From Antedon mediterranea (taxonomy: Eukaryota > Animalia > Echinodermata): 64,000 bases of DNA. This document shows positions 12,501 to 23,957 of this stretch, piece after piece. Location: assembly GCF_964355755.1 (NCBI RefSeq), contig NC_092671.1, positions 8,432,001-8,496,000 on the forward strand. The letters are read 5' to 3'. The position numbers were made by a program, and so were the translations under genes. How positions within the stretch are numbered: the stretch's first letter is position 1; every line of letters begins with the position of its first letter. The notes below the pieces were generated by a model, which was not told the DNA's origin, made no database searches, and saw only the letters and a list, made by a program, of their open reading frames with translations.

Positions 12501-15500
12501 TTCATTAGGATATATATCAGTATCAATGCCAGATTAATTAAACCCATATTAATTAACTCCAAACTAGTGTTTTCGTTAATGAATGGAAGGCAATAAACAT
12601 GCAGTCAATGCAACAAGTAATCAACACGTTTGATCCTACAAAAGTAGGGCCTAAATCAATTTTCTCGTGAAATCTTAATATGGAAAGCATTAGGCCTATA
12701 CGTTATAAAAGTATGGCATACTAGTTAAGGACACGTAATGTTCTTGAAACTTTCATCGGTTAACTCCGTCAACAGGAGTCCGTTATGGAACTCAGTACAG
12801 TCCTGATTACATTAACCACCAATACGTACTCTCAAAAAGGTTGTTTGACATTAGATCAAAAGATCTAGTGTCATTCTCCTAATTGTAACACTTCCTTTAT
12901 CAATCTACCTTAATAGTTTTATCAGATGGTTTACTACTAAAATCTCTTTTAATGCATTATTTCACAACTAAACTGACTCTACAAAATATGTCCAAATTAA
13001 TGATTGTTTGTATATAAAAGCAACGTAATGGGCAGTAGGCCTACAAGAATAACTAATTATCAAAACTCTTATGCAATACGGAAGAACTCTTCAGGAATGC
13101 TTAAAAAATGTCCGGTCATTGATGAATAAACATTATTAGCAAATAGGACTAATCATATAATATAGTATAGTAGATAAATAGACTCCTGTCGTTAATTCGA
13201 GTGAGGCAATTATTAATCAAAATGGTCGCCAAAAATGTGATTACATTGCTTTTTTATATAATTTCCATTTTCTAATAAAAACAATTTCGCAATAGATACT
13301 CTAAAAGAAATGTGATAAATTCTAACATTTCTGAACATACAATACAACAGAGACAATCCGAGTTCATTATTTTATAGACTTAAGTCTTTCTTTAGATTCA
13401 AAATGGACTTGCATTCTTGTAAAGGTTTACGTTTTTTACAGTGATATAGGACAGGTGTTTTATTACGATGTTGCCGCAGAAATCTTTACAGTTGAAAACA
13501 TTAGTGCTTTGAGAAGTTCTAGATATTTTTAATTGACAGTTAAGTGCCGGTTGTAATTTGCTTCGAGATTCAGAGTAGTAAAAATAAGATGGTAAAAACG
13601 TGCATTTCATTGGTGAATTTCATTCGGTTTACTTTTTACAGACAATGTATATGAGTGGCATGTAAAGGGACAGTGGCCGTATTCTCCAATCACACTTACT
13701 TCTCTTTACAAAGTATTTCACTTAAGTCATCAACAAATGTAAAAATCTCCCCTAAGTGGTATTCACGAGTGTTTACCTTTGCGTAAGTGTGACTAACTTG
13801 GCCAACCACAAAGAAAAAAAAATTACATTTGATGAGGCGGATACTGCAGGGATGACGGTACCGCTTCCCACTTCGACAGACAAAATAAAATGATGAACTT
13901 TTTCATATTTCACGAGAAACGTTACTTTAGGCCCTTCGTAACCATCTGGCTAACTGTTGATCGATTCTCCTCTCTCCTCCCCTTCTCTATCGCCTCTAAA
14001 ATAATGTTATCTAATTAGAGTTAGGCCTACATAATTAATTCGATTGCAATTATCTATGACATGACGTGCTGGGTTTGGCATGTACAAGTCATATTGTTTT
14101 TACATAACGCCCATTTAGGCTAATTATTGAATTTGTGTAACTGTGTAACTGTTGGTGAACTGTTACTACCGACCGTTAGATAAGCAATAGGCCTATATGC
14201 TCTGTAACAAAACTCGTACGGTATGCATCTCAATGGTTTTCATTGTTGGTTTGGTGGTGTTGTTTGTTTAATCAATTCATATTACAGTACAGTATATGCT
14301 TACACTTATAATATTATCCAAAAAAAATCGTTGAATGCTAAACGCGTGAAATGCCTAAGCTTAACACATCGGACGTACTGAACATGTCACGAACTGCACA
14401 ACAATACGTTTGAATTGATATTTAACACTGTTTAAATACAATTCAGTTATACGTTCTGTGTGATATATATATATATATATAACTGTCGCCTCACAAGGTG
14501 GAAACACCTTAGCTTCAAGGCGCCTAAAATAACAAATACAACATTTTAAAACAGCAAATAAACTAACGGAAACAATAAAGCATTTTCACTTTTTTACAGG
14601 TTTTATTCTGTTGATATTTATTCTTAGCTATACTAGATTATGTCACATGATCAATTACTGAGTTTCAACAAATGCTTAGATGCCAACACATCAATCTCAT
14701 TCTTTAGATAAATGTGTATAATTTCTAATTTAAGATCCGATTGATTTTGCCGCGTAAACGCGCTACGCATGCGCGTGGTTAATTAGTATACGTCGGCGTC
14801 TAGACATTCTGACTCAAGGTTTTCATAACTTCATTAATTTTTACTTGTTTTATTATCCCGGCGGTTATCTATAATAAACGTGTATAATTATTGGATTTGT
14901 TAAAACTTGCTTGAAGTGCGGATGATAAAACAATAGCTCACAAAATAAAACGTCAAATTGTATTGTTTAATTTCTTTTTTTTCTGACATTTCTTTATTAT
15001 CTACTTCTGTTGTTAAGTTTCATATTTGAAAAAATAATGACCTAATTAATGACAATATAATGACAATAAATGATGTAGGTGGGGTTAATTTTACGCGATT
15101 TTTAAAAATGCACAATTTGGTTAGCATCGTTTTGTTAATATCAATAAATAAATTCAAACAACTAATCGTGATTCTGCTCTAAATAGGAGAAGTTCATTTT
15201 TATTTTGTATAAGATTGAAAAAATTGAAAACATTCGCATATCAATAATTGAATTAGGCCTAAGTCGCCAAAACCGAGACTTGAACCATAGTCGTAATCAA
15301 ACTTAATATACAGTACCGTACCGTAGTAAACAAAAGACGCCCTTCCATTAAACCACATGTTTAAAGAAGATTAGATAATAATTATAAGCTATACTTATAA
15401 GTAGCAACATTGTTGTGTTAACATATGTAAAGTGTAATTCAATTTTTGCAAAATGAATTAAATTAACTTTACACTGGTTGCAAATAATGTTTAAAAGTAA

Positions 15501-15952
15501 AATTATAAAAAAAACATTTGAATCTAAAATTTTTCCTAAGCAACATTTTTTTTTTTTTGCTATTGTGATTTTGTTTTTATTTTATTCTATTACAAGTTGC
15601 ACTCGAGTCATCGTGAATAAGCGAAATCGTTTTACTTGTATGCAGTTGTTAAACATGTTAAAACTCATGATTTAGGACTAAAGATGCCTGGATAACACAG
15701 AAAAATAAAGATTTTACAATCTGGAAGAATAAGGGCAATTTTCTACCTGATATAAGTTATATATAAGACAAAATAATGACCTAACGTATGATATTGCATT
15801 ATGACAATACCAATAGTATAGTGCATTGTATTATTTGAGTAACTTAATAATGTACTCCAATACTCAACAGTTCTTTAAGAACTATGTTTTTTTAGTATGA
15901 TTAATTTGAGCCATTTCGATATTCACAAACTACCTCTCAATACTAACTTTAA

Positions 15953-16528
15953 AGGCCAGGTGCGGGCAAAAAATTTCTCTTGATTATACATTCCAATAAT
16001 TATTGATCTATACTTTGCCCTATGTCTCATCATTATTGGGATTTTATTTGTGAAAATAAGCACTTTCTAATCAGTGGGGGGGGGGGGGGAATAGTTAAAA
16101 TTACACAGTAAAATCTCTATTCTTTTGCACACAATTTTTGTAAATAGAGAGGCATCTTAAAAAGCTATGAAAAATAAACGGTGTGGTAAAAAATGTTATC
16201 AGATGACTAAATATAGGTAATATAACTTGAATATTACATTTCTGGTATTTTTATTCAACTTTAGATTTTTATTTTCTTGCTATAGCAAAAATTATCCACC
16301 GTATATCCACCATCTTTTTTCACCTTCTAGGGAGTCACCAGACATCTTATTACATTAGGTTAACTACAGAAAAAAGTCTTCTTGGTTTTATGGAAGAATT
16401 TTGCCAAATTTTGTATTTGACCATATCAAGGGAAATTCATGTTTTTCCGTCTTGATTTCTGTTACAAATATTTGATTATGTACAATTAACCAAATATTAT
16501 ATTTAAAATTCATGCCTGTACCTGAGCT
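15953..16528. mobile_element. Kolobok-like MITE in MRF-a intron 1
   Basis: TTAA on both sides, with imperfect TIRs AGGCCAGGTGCGGGCA / TGCCTGTACCTGAGCT. Confidence 0.6.
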
Positions 16529-18163
16529 TTAAGTAAAAACAACTGTACCGGTAAATGTATCAAAAGGATTAAACAAAAGCAGAATTTGTTTAAATGCCTT
16601 TAAAATGTCAATTTACATTGTATACTTTACAGGTGTAAAATGTCTCGAAAATCGTCTTGTCTTTTCACGAAATAAAAAAAAAGATAGAAGAAAATGGCCG
16701 TATGGTTCGGCGAGTATGAGTTCGATTTCACGGTGATAATTTATCTGAAGACAATGACATATTATATCCTAATTAGATCACTATTATTACGTCACATTAA
16801 TATTTAATAAAATTAGCAACAAATATAGGCCCATGCAACATTCCTGGCATTCTTTAGCGCTTATTAGCAATCTGCGTTGTGACGTATCTAGGCCCATCTT
16901 TGCTGCATTGTTCTAAATACAACTATAACTATATAATGATAATTAACAATGAGTAAATTAGGCCTATAACATTTATCTAACGGAATTTGTGTATGAAACT
17001 GGTTCAAATGCCTAATTACAATACAAGTTTTTAAAATAAAAACCAGTACGGTATACTCTGATCGGTTAATCTCTTCACTAAATGGGAACAATCCTATTTT
17101 AGTGTGATTTCCGTTTTGTATCGTTTTTTGTATAATGGAATATCTATTCTGAAATAAAGTGATCAATCAATCAATACTGACTTTTTCTACATTCAATCAA
17201 TGTTTATCTTTATAGATCATTCGTGATAAACAAAAACAAATCAATACATTTAATGAATAATCTAGAACAGCGATACCCGTATGTAAAACTAATATACCTG
17301 CTTCAAACAAAAAATAAATAAAGTTACTTAACAAAGTACAACATGTAATTGATTTCTTGTTCTTATGAATACACTTGGATGGTTTAAAGTTTGTCGTCAA
17401 ATCGTAAATGATTGTGCAACACGGAAATTGATCTCGTCTAAGAACTTTTTATCATCGACACAGTCGGAATAACAAGCGTATCACTGCATGTACTCGATAC
17501 CTCATCACAGTGTGATCCCGATTCGAAAATATAGCCAATGTATTTCCCGAGAGACCAAATAAATGGAAAATCTGATTTCTTATATTGTATCAAATTTTCT
17601 TGAAAGACGCGAACGATCTAGAAATTTACGTAGCGTAGATTTGGTAATAACATGGATACGCTATACTACTGGGACGAAGCGGATGGGTGTCACTTTACCT
17701 CCCTTGTTTGCAACCGAACCCGTATCCTAGGCCCAATTATTGTCATAGCTAGGCCATGCAAACTCAACTGTCTAGGGTAAAATAATGTTGTTAAAGGCAG
17801 GGTGAACAAACAAAGAAATGTATGTTTCGTCAAGGAATATGATATGATTGATTTTTAGGAGTAAACATGTGATAATATCTTGAATGTTTGAACACCATCA
17901 TGTACTGTAGGCATGCCTACAATGCATTTCAAAAGATGTTCAAAATAACAACAGCACTCACCTTTTACTTTTCAACAATGTTGAAATATCGAAATCAAAC
18001 AAATACTAATTATATAAATTGTTTAACAATGGTATTCATTGTGTTGTTGTACAGTTACAGTAATAGTCTCTAGTTATTTTTCTACTGTGTGCCAACATTC
18101 TTATAGTTTTTCTAATACCGTGTAGGCCTAAAGTATAATTATGATTAAATTATTCCTTAACAG

Positions 18164-18239
18164 GGTGACGATCATATTCGAAAGAATGGAAATTGTCGAC
18201 TAAGAGGTTTAGATGGTGATTGGACTTTCGAGAATAACG
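18164..18239 (+). CDS. MyoD: MRF-a coding exon 2 (76 nt, GDDHIRKNGNCRLRGLDGDWTFENN-)
   Basis: Acceptor ttattccttaacag| and donor G|gtaaaa, with an open frame and phase 0 to phase 1, exactly what is needed to join exon 1 to exon 3. The size fits the short middle exon of MRF genes. It was the best candidate found by eye in intron 1; no homology support could be checked. Confidence 0.78.
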
Positions 18240-20912
18240 GTAAAAGATTTGATTTTTCGTTTTTTGTTTCTGGTTCTAAATGTTTATAGTATATCATTGT
18301 ATAGGTGTTTAAAAGTTTAAATTTGAAGGAAAAACAATGAAACGTATTGACGTAATAAATGTTCTTGCTTGTTTCTAAAATAAGAAAATTATGAATATAA
18401 CGTTTTAAACATTGTACCCTTGTAATTTTATGTTTTCAAACATTAATTAACTATTAATGGATATGCCTATTAATATATAGGATGTACAACATTTCAAAAA
18501 TTCAGTAAAATCTATAACTACAAGATAGCAACGTTAGGTGTTGCTACAACATTGAGGCGATAGTCCATTGTTAAAATACAGTTTTTCTCAGTACTTCAGT
18601 ACGACACTACTAAATTCATAATACAAGTAAACTAACATGTACTGTATATAACTCAAGTTAACCACAAAGATTGAGAGAAATTATACTAATTGCTCAACAC
18701 GTGCGCGATGTCGTAGGAGGCTTGGTTACACGTATTAAAGACCATATTACCACATAAATCACTCCTCGTGAGTAAAGTCAAGCTCCGCTAGAAATCAACC
18801 TAAAATATCGCAATTAACACTGTGGAATAGGATGCCGTCATAATATCATAATTATACTTGTCATATCTTGTCATTTCATGTCATAAATATAACATTAATG
18901 CACCTGTATGCCTATATTAGGCCTTGCTGTCTTGACGCCATTTATCATCTTAAGTGAGCCACGGGACATTACATTATAATTAAGTGATGGTGTTTGATTT
19001 GGCAAATTGTTATTTAAGTAGGAAATGATCTTAATAAAATGTCATTGTAGTCGATGTATCTTCATTATATGTTTGATATTGAACCTTAAGGCAATGAACT
19101 TTCTTCCAAATCATAGGCCTATGTATTCTAAAATCTTATTTTAATAATGGTACAGTTTTTGTTTCCAAATTTAGCCTTTGAATGTCTGTTCTATAATAAT
19201 TATTTATATTAATTTGGGACGCACTTTTCAAATCGAGGCTGAGTCAACTTGAGATGAGTTTTATTTATAAATATTGTTATATTTGTGTTTTATGTTAGTT
19301 GATGTAGATTTACACATTGGTAACCAACATACAGTAGGCCTATTGTCGGTAAAAAGGAAAAACATTAAATTTAAAGATTAAATTTGTATTATCATCGCTT
19401 CTACATGTAAATGTATGTAGTAAAGCGAATACTCTTTGTTGATAAATTTTAGTGCACGGACGGATTTTGTTAAAATTTTCTTTATTTTTTCCCGTAACGT
19501 TGGAATGCAGCAACCTTCCCGTAATTTATTTCAATTTGAGAGGTAATAATTCACTGTTCAGAGACCGGGGTATCTTTCAGATAGATTATTTGAAAAGACA
19601 GGGATCCCTAGAGATGTGGGGTTGTGTTTTGCATAGCTATCAATTGGTTTACCAGTATTAGTCGCGTTTAAATCTTAACTTTTCACGTACAAAAGTTTTA
19701 CTGTGGCGCCATACTGCTTCATTATTGATCGCAATAACAGAGTGTTGGCATCCCTTGGTATGTTAAGTACAGTCTGTATCATTATAATAATGTTTTATAC
19801 GGATTCGTATCCACCTTTATAAGTGCAATGATGCACATAGTTGATTATTATTTGATGACCATTTCCCATTTTACATAAAAATAATGTAAACAGATCATGC
19901 GAATTCCTTGCATAAGAAAAAAAACACTATCAATTTAAAAACAAAACTATTATTATAGAAGAATGAAAAGAATAATATTAGAAAATACTGTACTCATGCT
20001 AAATAAAAATATTATTTATGCTTTAATTAAATACAATTCCAGTATATATCATATCATTATTATATTAATACAAATTTGATGTTCAGTTTATAAAATTATT
20101 TGAGATTCTGCAAATGATCGTGCGATATATCGTAAAACAGAACATTCAAAGAAACTTTTGTCGCTCCCTAAGCTCTCGTAAAAAATACGATACTCACTGA
20201 ACCATGATGCCATCACTCCTCCTCTAAAAGTTGAAAGATTTCAATCCAATGCCTACCACGAAGCCATATCCAATGATTCATACAAGCTATTATCTACGGA
20301 CCACTAGCAGCTAAAAACACGAAATAAAGTACATTATATTCGTCTGTTGTGGATAGTTATCCGCCGTCCGAACACGTTTCGTGAACCCGTTCCATTTATT
20401 AGAACAGCAAACGCAAAATTTGCATAACATTGCCAACGTTCCTGTATAGTAGTTCTAACTGTATTATTGTACACCTGTATAATGTACAATTTAAATATCT
20501 TAACTACGATTGGTTGCTTTTTTTTAATGTATTAACAGTGGCGGTACCATTTAGAGTGTGGAGAGGATGTGTTTGCCCTGCGTTGGGAAATATTTGGCAA
20601 GTTTGTCGGGGATAAAAATTCAAATTATAAATTTATTTGAGTACAAGTACTACTACAAATGTAACTTATGGTAACATTTAGAGTACTGATACTGCAGGCT
20701 AATTGACTTTCTATATACAAAGCGAATGGGAACAAATCGTATCTTCAACACTCCTAGCTGGTAAAGCCTATTTTCAAAGCCGTTTGAACATATTTTTTAG
20801 AGCCGTGCTTTACAGATGATTATACCAATCTTAATTGACTCATCATACACTGTATAGTATTAAAGAAATTATGTTATTTTTACGTTTTAATAAATTGTTA
20901 TATACATTTCAG

Positions 20913-21031
20913 ACAACTCCGATGGTTCTACGAGTTTGGAACACCTAAACGATATGGTGCAGAAAATCACACCTTCACGATACGGTCCAGGGTATCTAAA
21001 ACTTACAACCAATCAACAAGAAGATAGATGA
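20913..21031 (+). CDS. MyoD: MRF-a coding exon 3 with divergent helix III (DNSDGSTSLEHLNDMVQKITPSRYGPGYLKLTTNQQEDR*)
   Basis: Acceptor tatacatttcag|AC, phase 1. STSLEHLNDMVQKIT aligns to the MRF helix III consensus SSLDCLSSIVERIS. Stop TGA at 21029-21031, immediately followed by a second TGA. Confidence 0.85.
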
Positions 21032-21775
21032 TGACGACACTCATTGTTTTACGCATCACTGACTAAATATAAATTCTGTACATTACAGGACACAGGAAAA
21101 CAAAAATAAATTATGTAAATGAAACAATGTGTTTTTGGTGACCATTCTGTATTGTCATATAAAGTCGAAACAATTTGAACTATTATTGGCAAAATTGAGT
21201 AAAAATTCACTATGAATAGCAAGAGTTTGACCTTGCAATCAAGTGTACTGAGTTTGAAGATATATTTCGAAGAAAAGGACATCTACATTACAGATAGGCA
21301 CATTGAAGGGTCGATAAAGTCGCATTTATAATGGAGTTTTGCTTTTTTTATGCACGTTAGTGTAACTCAAAGTCTTTCTTTTTTTAAAGTAAACTTATGT
21401 ATACTAATGAAAACAGGCAGTATAAACACACTATTTTCCTTTTACAACTTTTTCTAATCAATGGTTAATTTTGCTTTGTTTCTCCTCCTAGATGTAAAAT
21501 CATCAGCCACATGTTGGACATAATTGAAAATAATGTACATAAAGGTCTTTTGTATTAAGTTAATATAGATCAATTAAAACAATAATGATGATTGTAAGCA
21601 GTAATATCAATAAAAAGATTTAGCAATAACAGCATTCTAGATCAATCAAGGGTATAGCAATTATCATTTAAGAAAATCATTGTTAGCCCAAAATCAAACG
21701 TCTTAATTTTATAATAACTTTGTATTATATTTTGTGTATATCTTGTTTACAAAAATAAAATGATATTCATAAACG
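21032..21775 (+). other. Probable MRF-a 3' UTR
   Basis: Follows the stop codon. Candidate AATAAA signals occur near 21105, 21609 and 21754; the true cleavage site is unknown. Confidence 0.4.
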
Positions 21776-21930
21776 GATTATCATTTATTATTGATGATGA
21801 TGATCATACATGATGATAACCAAGATTATAATGATCATGGTGACGTTTTTCCATTTCTTGGTTTAATATTTTTTTGTTTTTGTAAGAATTGGGGAATTTA
21901 CGAAGATTACCAATACGAGTTATTTTCTAA

Positions 21931-22070
21931 AGCTCTGTCTACACTATCAAACTTTAGGAGGTGACAACAAAATGGGATGTGCCCATGTTGGACATTGATG
22001 TCATATCACTACCATATTTGGGCACATCACACTTTTGTTGTCAAACTAGTTTGATGGTGTAGACAGAGCT
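21931..22070. mobile_element. Short Harbinger-like palindromic MITE
   Basis: TIRs AGCTCTGTCTACACTATCAAACT / AGTTTGATGGTGTAGACAGAGCT, flanked by TAA and TTA. A second copy lies near 34274-34419. Confidence 0.75.
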
Positions 22071-23302
22071 TTATATGAAAAATAGAGATCCATTCACTTT
22101 ATATCTAATTATCTATATGATTACATATATGGGAATCTAAAAAATGCAGATTGGCTGGATTGGGTCGACCGGCCGGGCTGGAATAAATAATTATACTACT
22201 ACATTCTAGGCGTATGCTATCATAACACATAAATATCGAAGAACTATCTTTCTTACAAGAAAGTTTTAATTAAGAACATTTTTTAATTACAGTTTTAATG
22301 ACAGTTTTTCTTCTTTTTAAATTGTTTTAGAATTGAAAATAGACCTACGCTAATTTGCTGTGTTTAAATGTAAATGCATAAAATATCAAACTATTTATAA
22401 AAATGTTATATTGAAATAAAACATATCCAACAAGAAGTATATTTTCGAATTCTTAATCTCAAAGTTCACCTCCAGAAGTAAGGCCTGTGTCTAGTTTTAA
22501 CCGAAAGTATAAATCGAACGTAATCTTTCTGATTATATTTATATATTTTTTCAGGTGAGTAAACCTTAAAATTATTTAACTTTATTTGCCCGTCGGCCAC
22601 ACATCCACTTTTTTAAATTATGATTTCACTTTATCACTGTAAATGTATTTACTTACGTGTGGAAATTCAATAAAACAACAAACAAATTCTATTTTGTTTG
22701 CTTAAAAAAGTAGACAAAATATTGTATAAAGAACGTGTACTGTTTGATGAATATTATAATGAAGAATATTTGAAAGTACAGTTCTACGATGAAGTTGGTA
22801 TTCCATAGATTCATAATTGAAGGATAGCCAAGCGTGTGTATAAATACGGTACAGTAAATGTTTTAGAACAGGTAGTATGAGGTATCACACAAATAACATT
22901 AAACAGTATTGTCACCAAACCATTATTTTGAAAGGCTTCCAAGTCGTTAAAACTTATACTTATTATACATAATAGTACGGACTCGCGCTCTTAAAAATCT
23001 AACGTAGAGAGGGCGATATACATTAATTGTGAAAGAAACATCTTCTTTTACAAATTTATTTTTACTAATACTTATTATTAGCAGACATTGTCCGGCTCAC
23101 TTTTTTCCAACAAAAAATAGAATATTATTTTAATTTCCTGAAAGTCAAATTCTACTATAGACTGTATAATTATCATACTAATAATAATTATGCATGTGAA
23201 TTAAAAAAGTTTTCTTGAAGAGGGTGCTCAATGTTTCAGTCGCACATAAAAACAAAATGAATATTTATCACTACTTTACACGATATAGCCTACTTATCTA
23301 TA

Positions 23303-23592
23303 TGTAAGGATGTGGACGACAACACAAAAGGAAAAACACGCCTTTTCTCACTTTTACCACGGTCCGGTGGTGTATTTGGTTTTAATTTGTTTTTAGCATA
23401 ACAATAGAGATCAGTATGGTCCTTTTAATCAGATCTTTAATTAAGTAAGAGACAAAACTATCTGCTTCCTTGACCGGTTCATGAATCCAAAAAGAAAGAA
23501 AATCATTTGAAAAAGACTGTTACAATTATAGGGGGCAGTAACACCTATAGGGGGCAGTATTTAATTATCACATGATTAGATTAATCCCCACA
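23303..23592 (-). repeat. 3' LTR (290 bp), short form
   Basis: 23303-23421 matches 23958-24076 with no difference seen. 23422-23592 matches 25796-25965 with about 4 differences. Confidence 0.92.
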
Positions 23593-23899
23593 CTCCCCTG
23601 TTTAAGCTGAGTTTGTCCTCAAACTTAATATTATTCACAACAAGAAGAATCTTTTCAGCATTTTCAGAGTCAATGCCAGCATCATCAGGCCAGTCAGGGT
23701 AAACGTCCCCAGTACCATCGTCTTCAACAAAGGACTCTACACATTCCCCTTCGGCTCCCACAAAGTGTCTCATCTTCTTCTCTGGGAGAACATATACTGT
23801 GTTTCCATTCCCATGGGCAGCACGCCTAGTTGCTTCTAGTTCGGCTCTTAGCTCATCAACCGTCCTCTGCACATCTCGCAACGATGCCTTGCTTGCCAT
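23576..23899 (-). pseudogene. Truncated gag N-terminus fused in frame to the element's 3' internal end
   Basis: MASKASLRDVQRTVDELRAELEATRR...TVYVLPEKKMRHFVG...VESFVED resembles Gypsy gag starts (coiled coil, then a YVPxERKxxxFxG-type motif). The frame runs through the PPT into the 3' LTR. No pol domains are present. Confidence 0.7.
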
Positions 23900-23936
23900 C
23901 ACTGATCTCTAATGTTAAAGCCAAATACGATCCACG

Positions 23937-23954
23937 ATCCCACTTCTGACACCA
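23937..23954 (-). other. Primer-binding site (tRNA-Leu-like)
   Basis: Minus strand TGGTGTCAGAAGTGGGAT lies directly after the 5' LTR and begins with TGG, complementary to the tRNA CCA end. Confidence 0.85.
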
Positions 23955-23957
23955 AAT

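Noticed and set aside
13642-13665. Candidate exon after tttttacag (TMYMSGM*)
   Set aside because: It has an in-frame stop and no suitable phase-1 donor; 18164-18239 fits far better.
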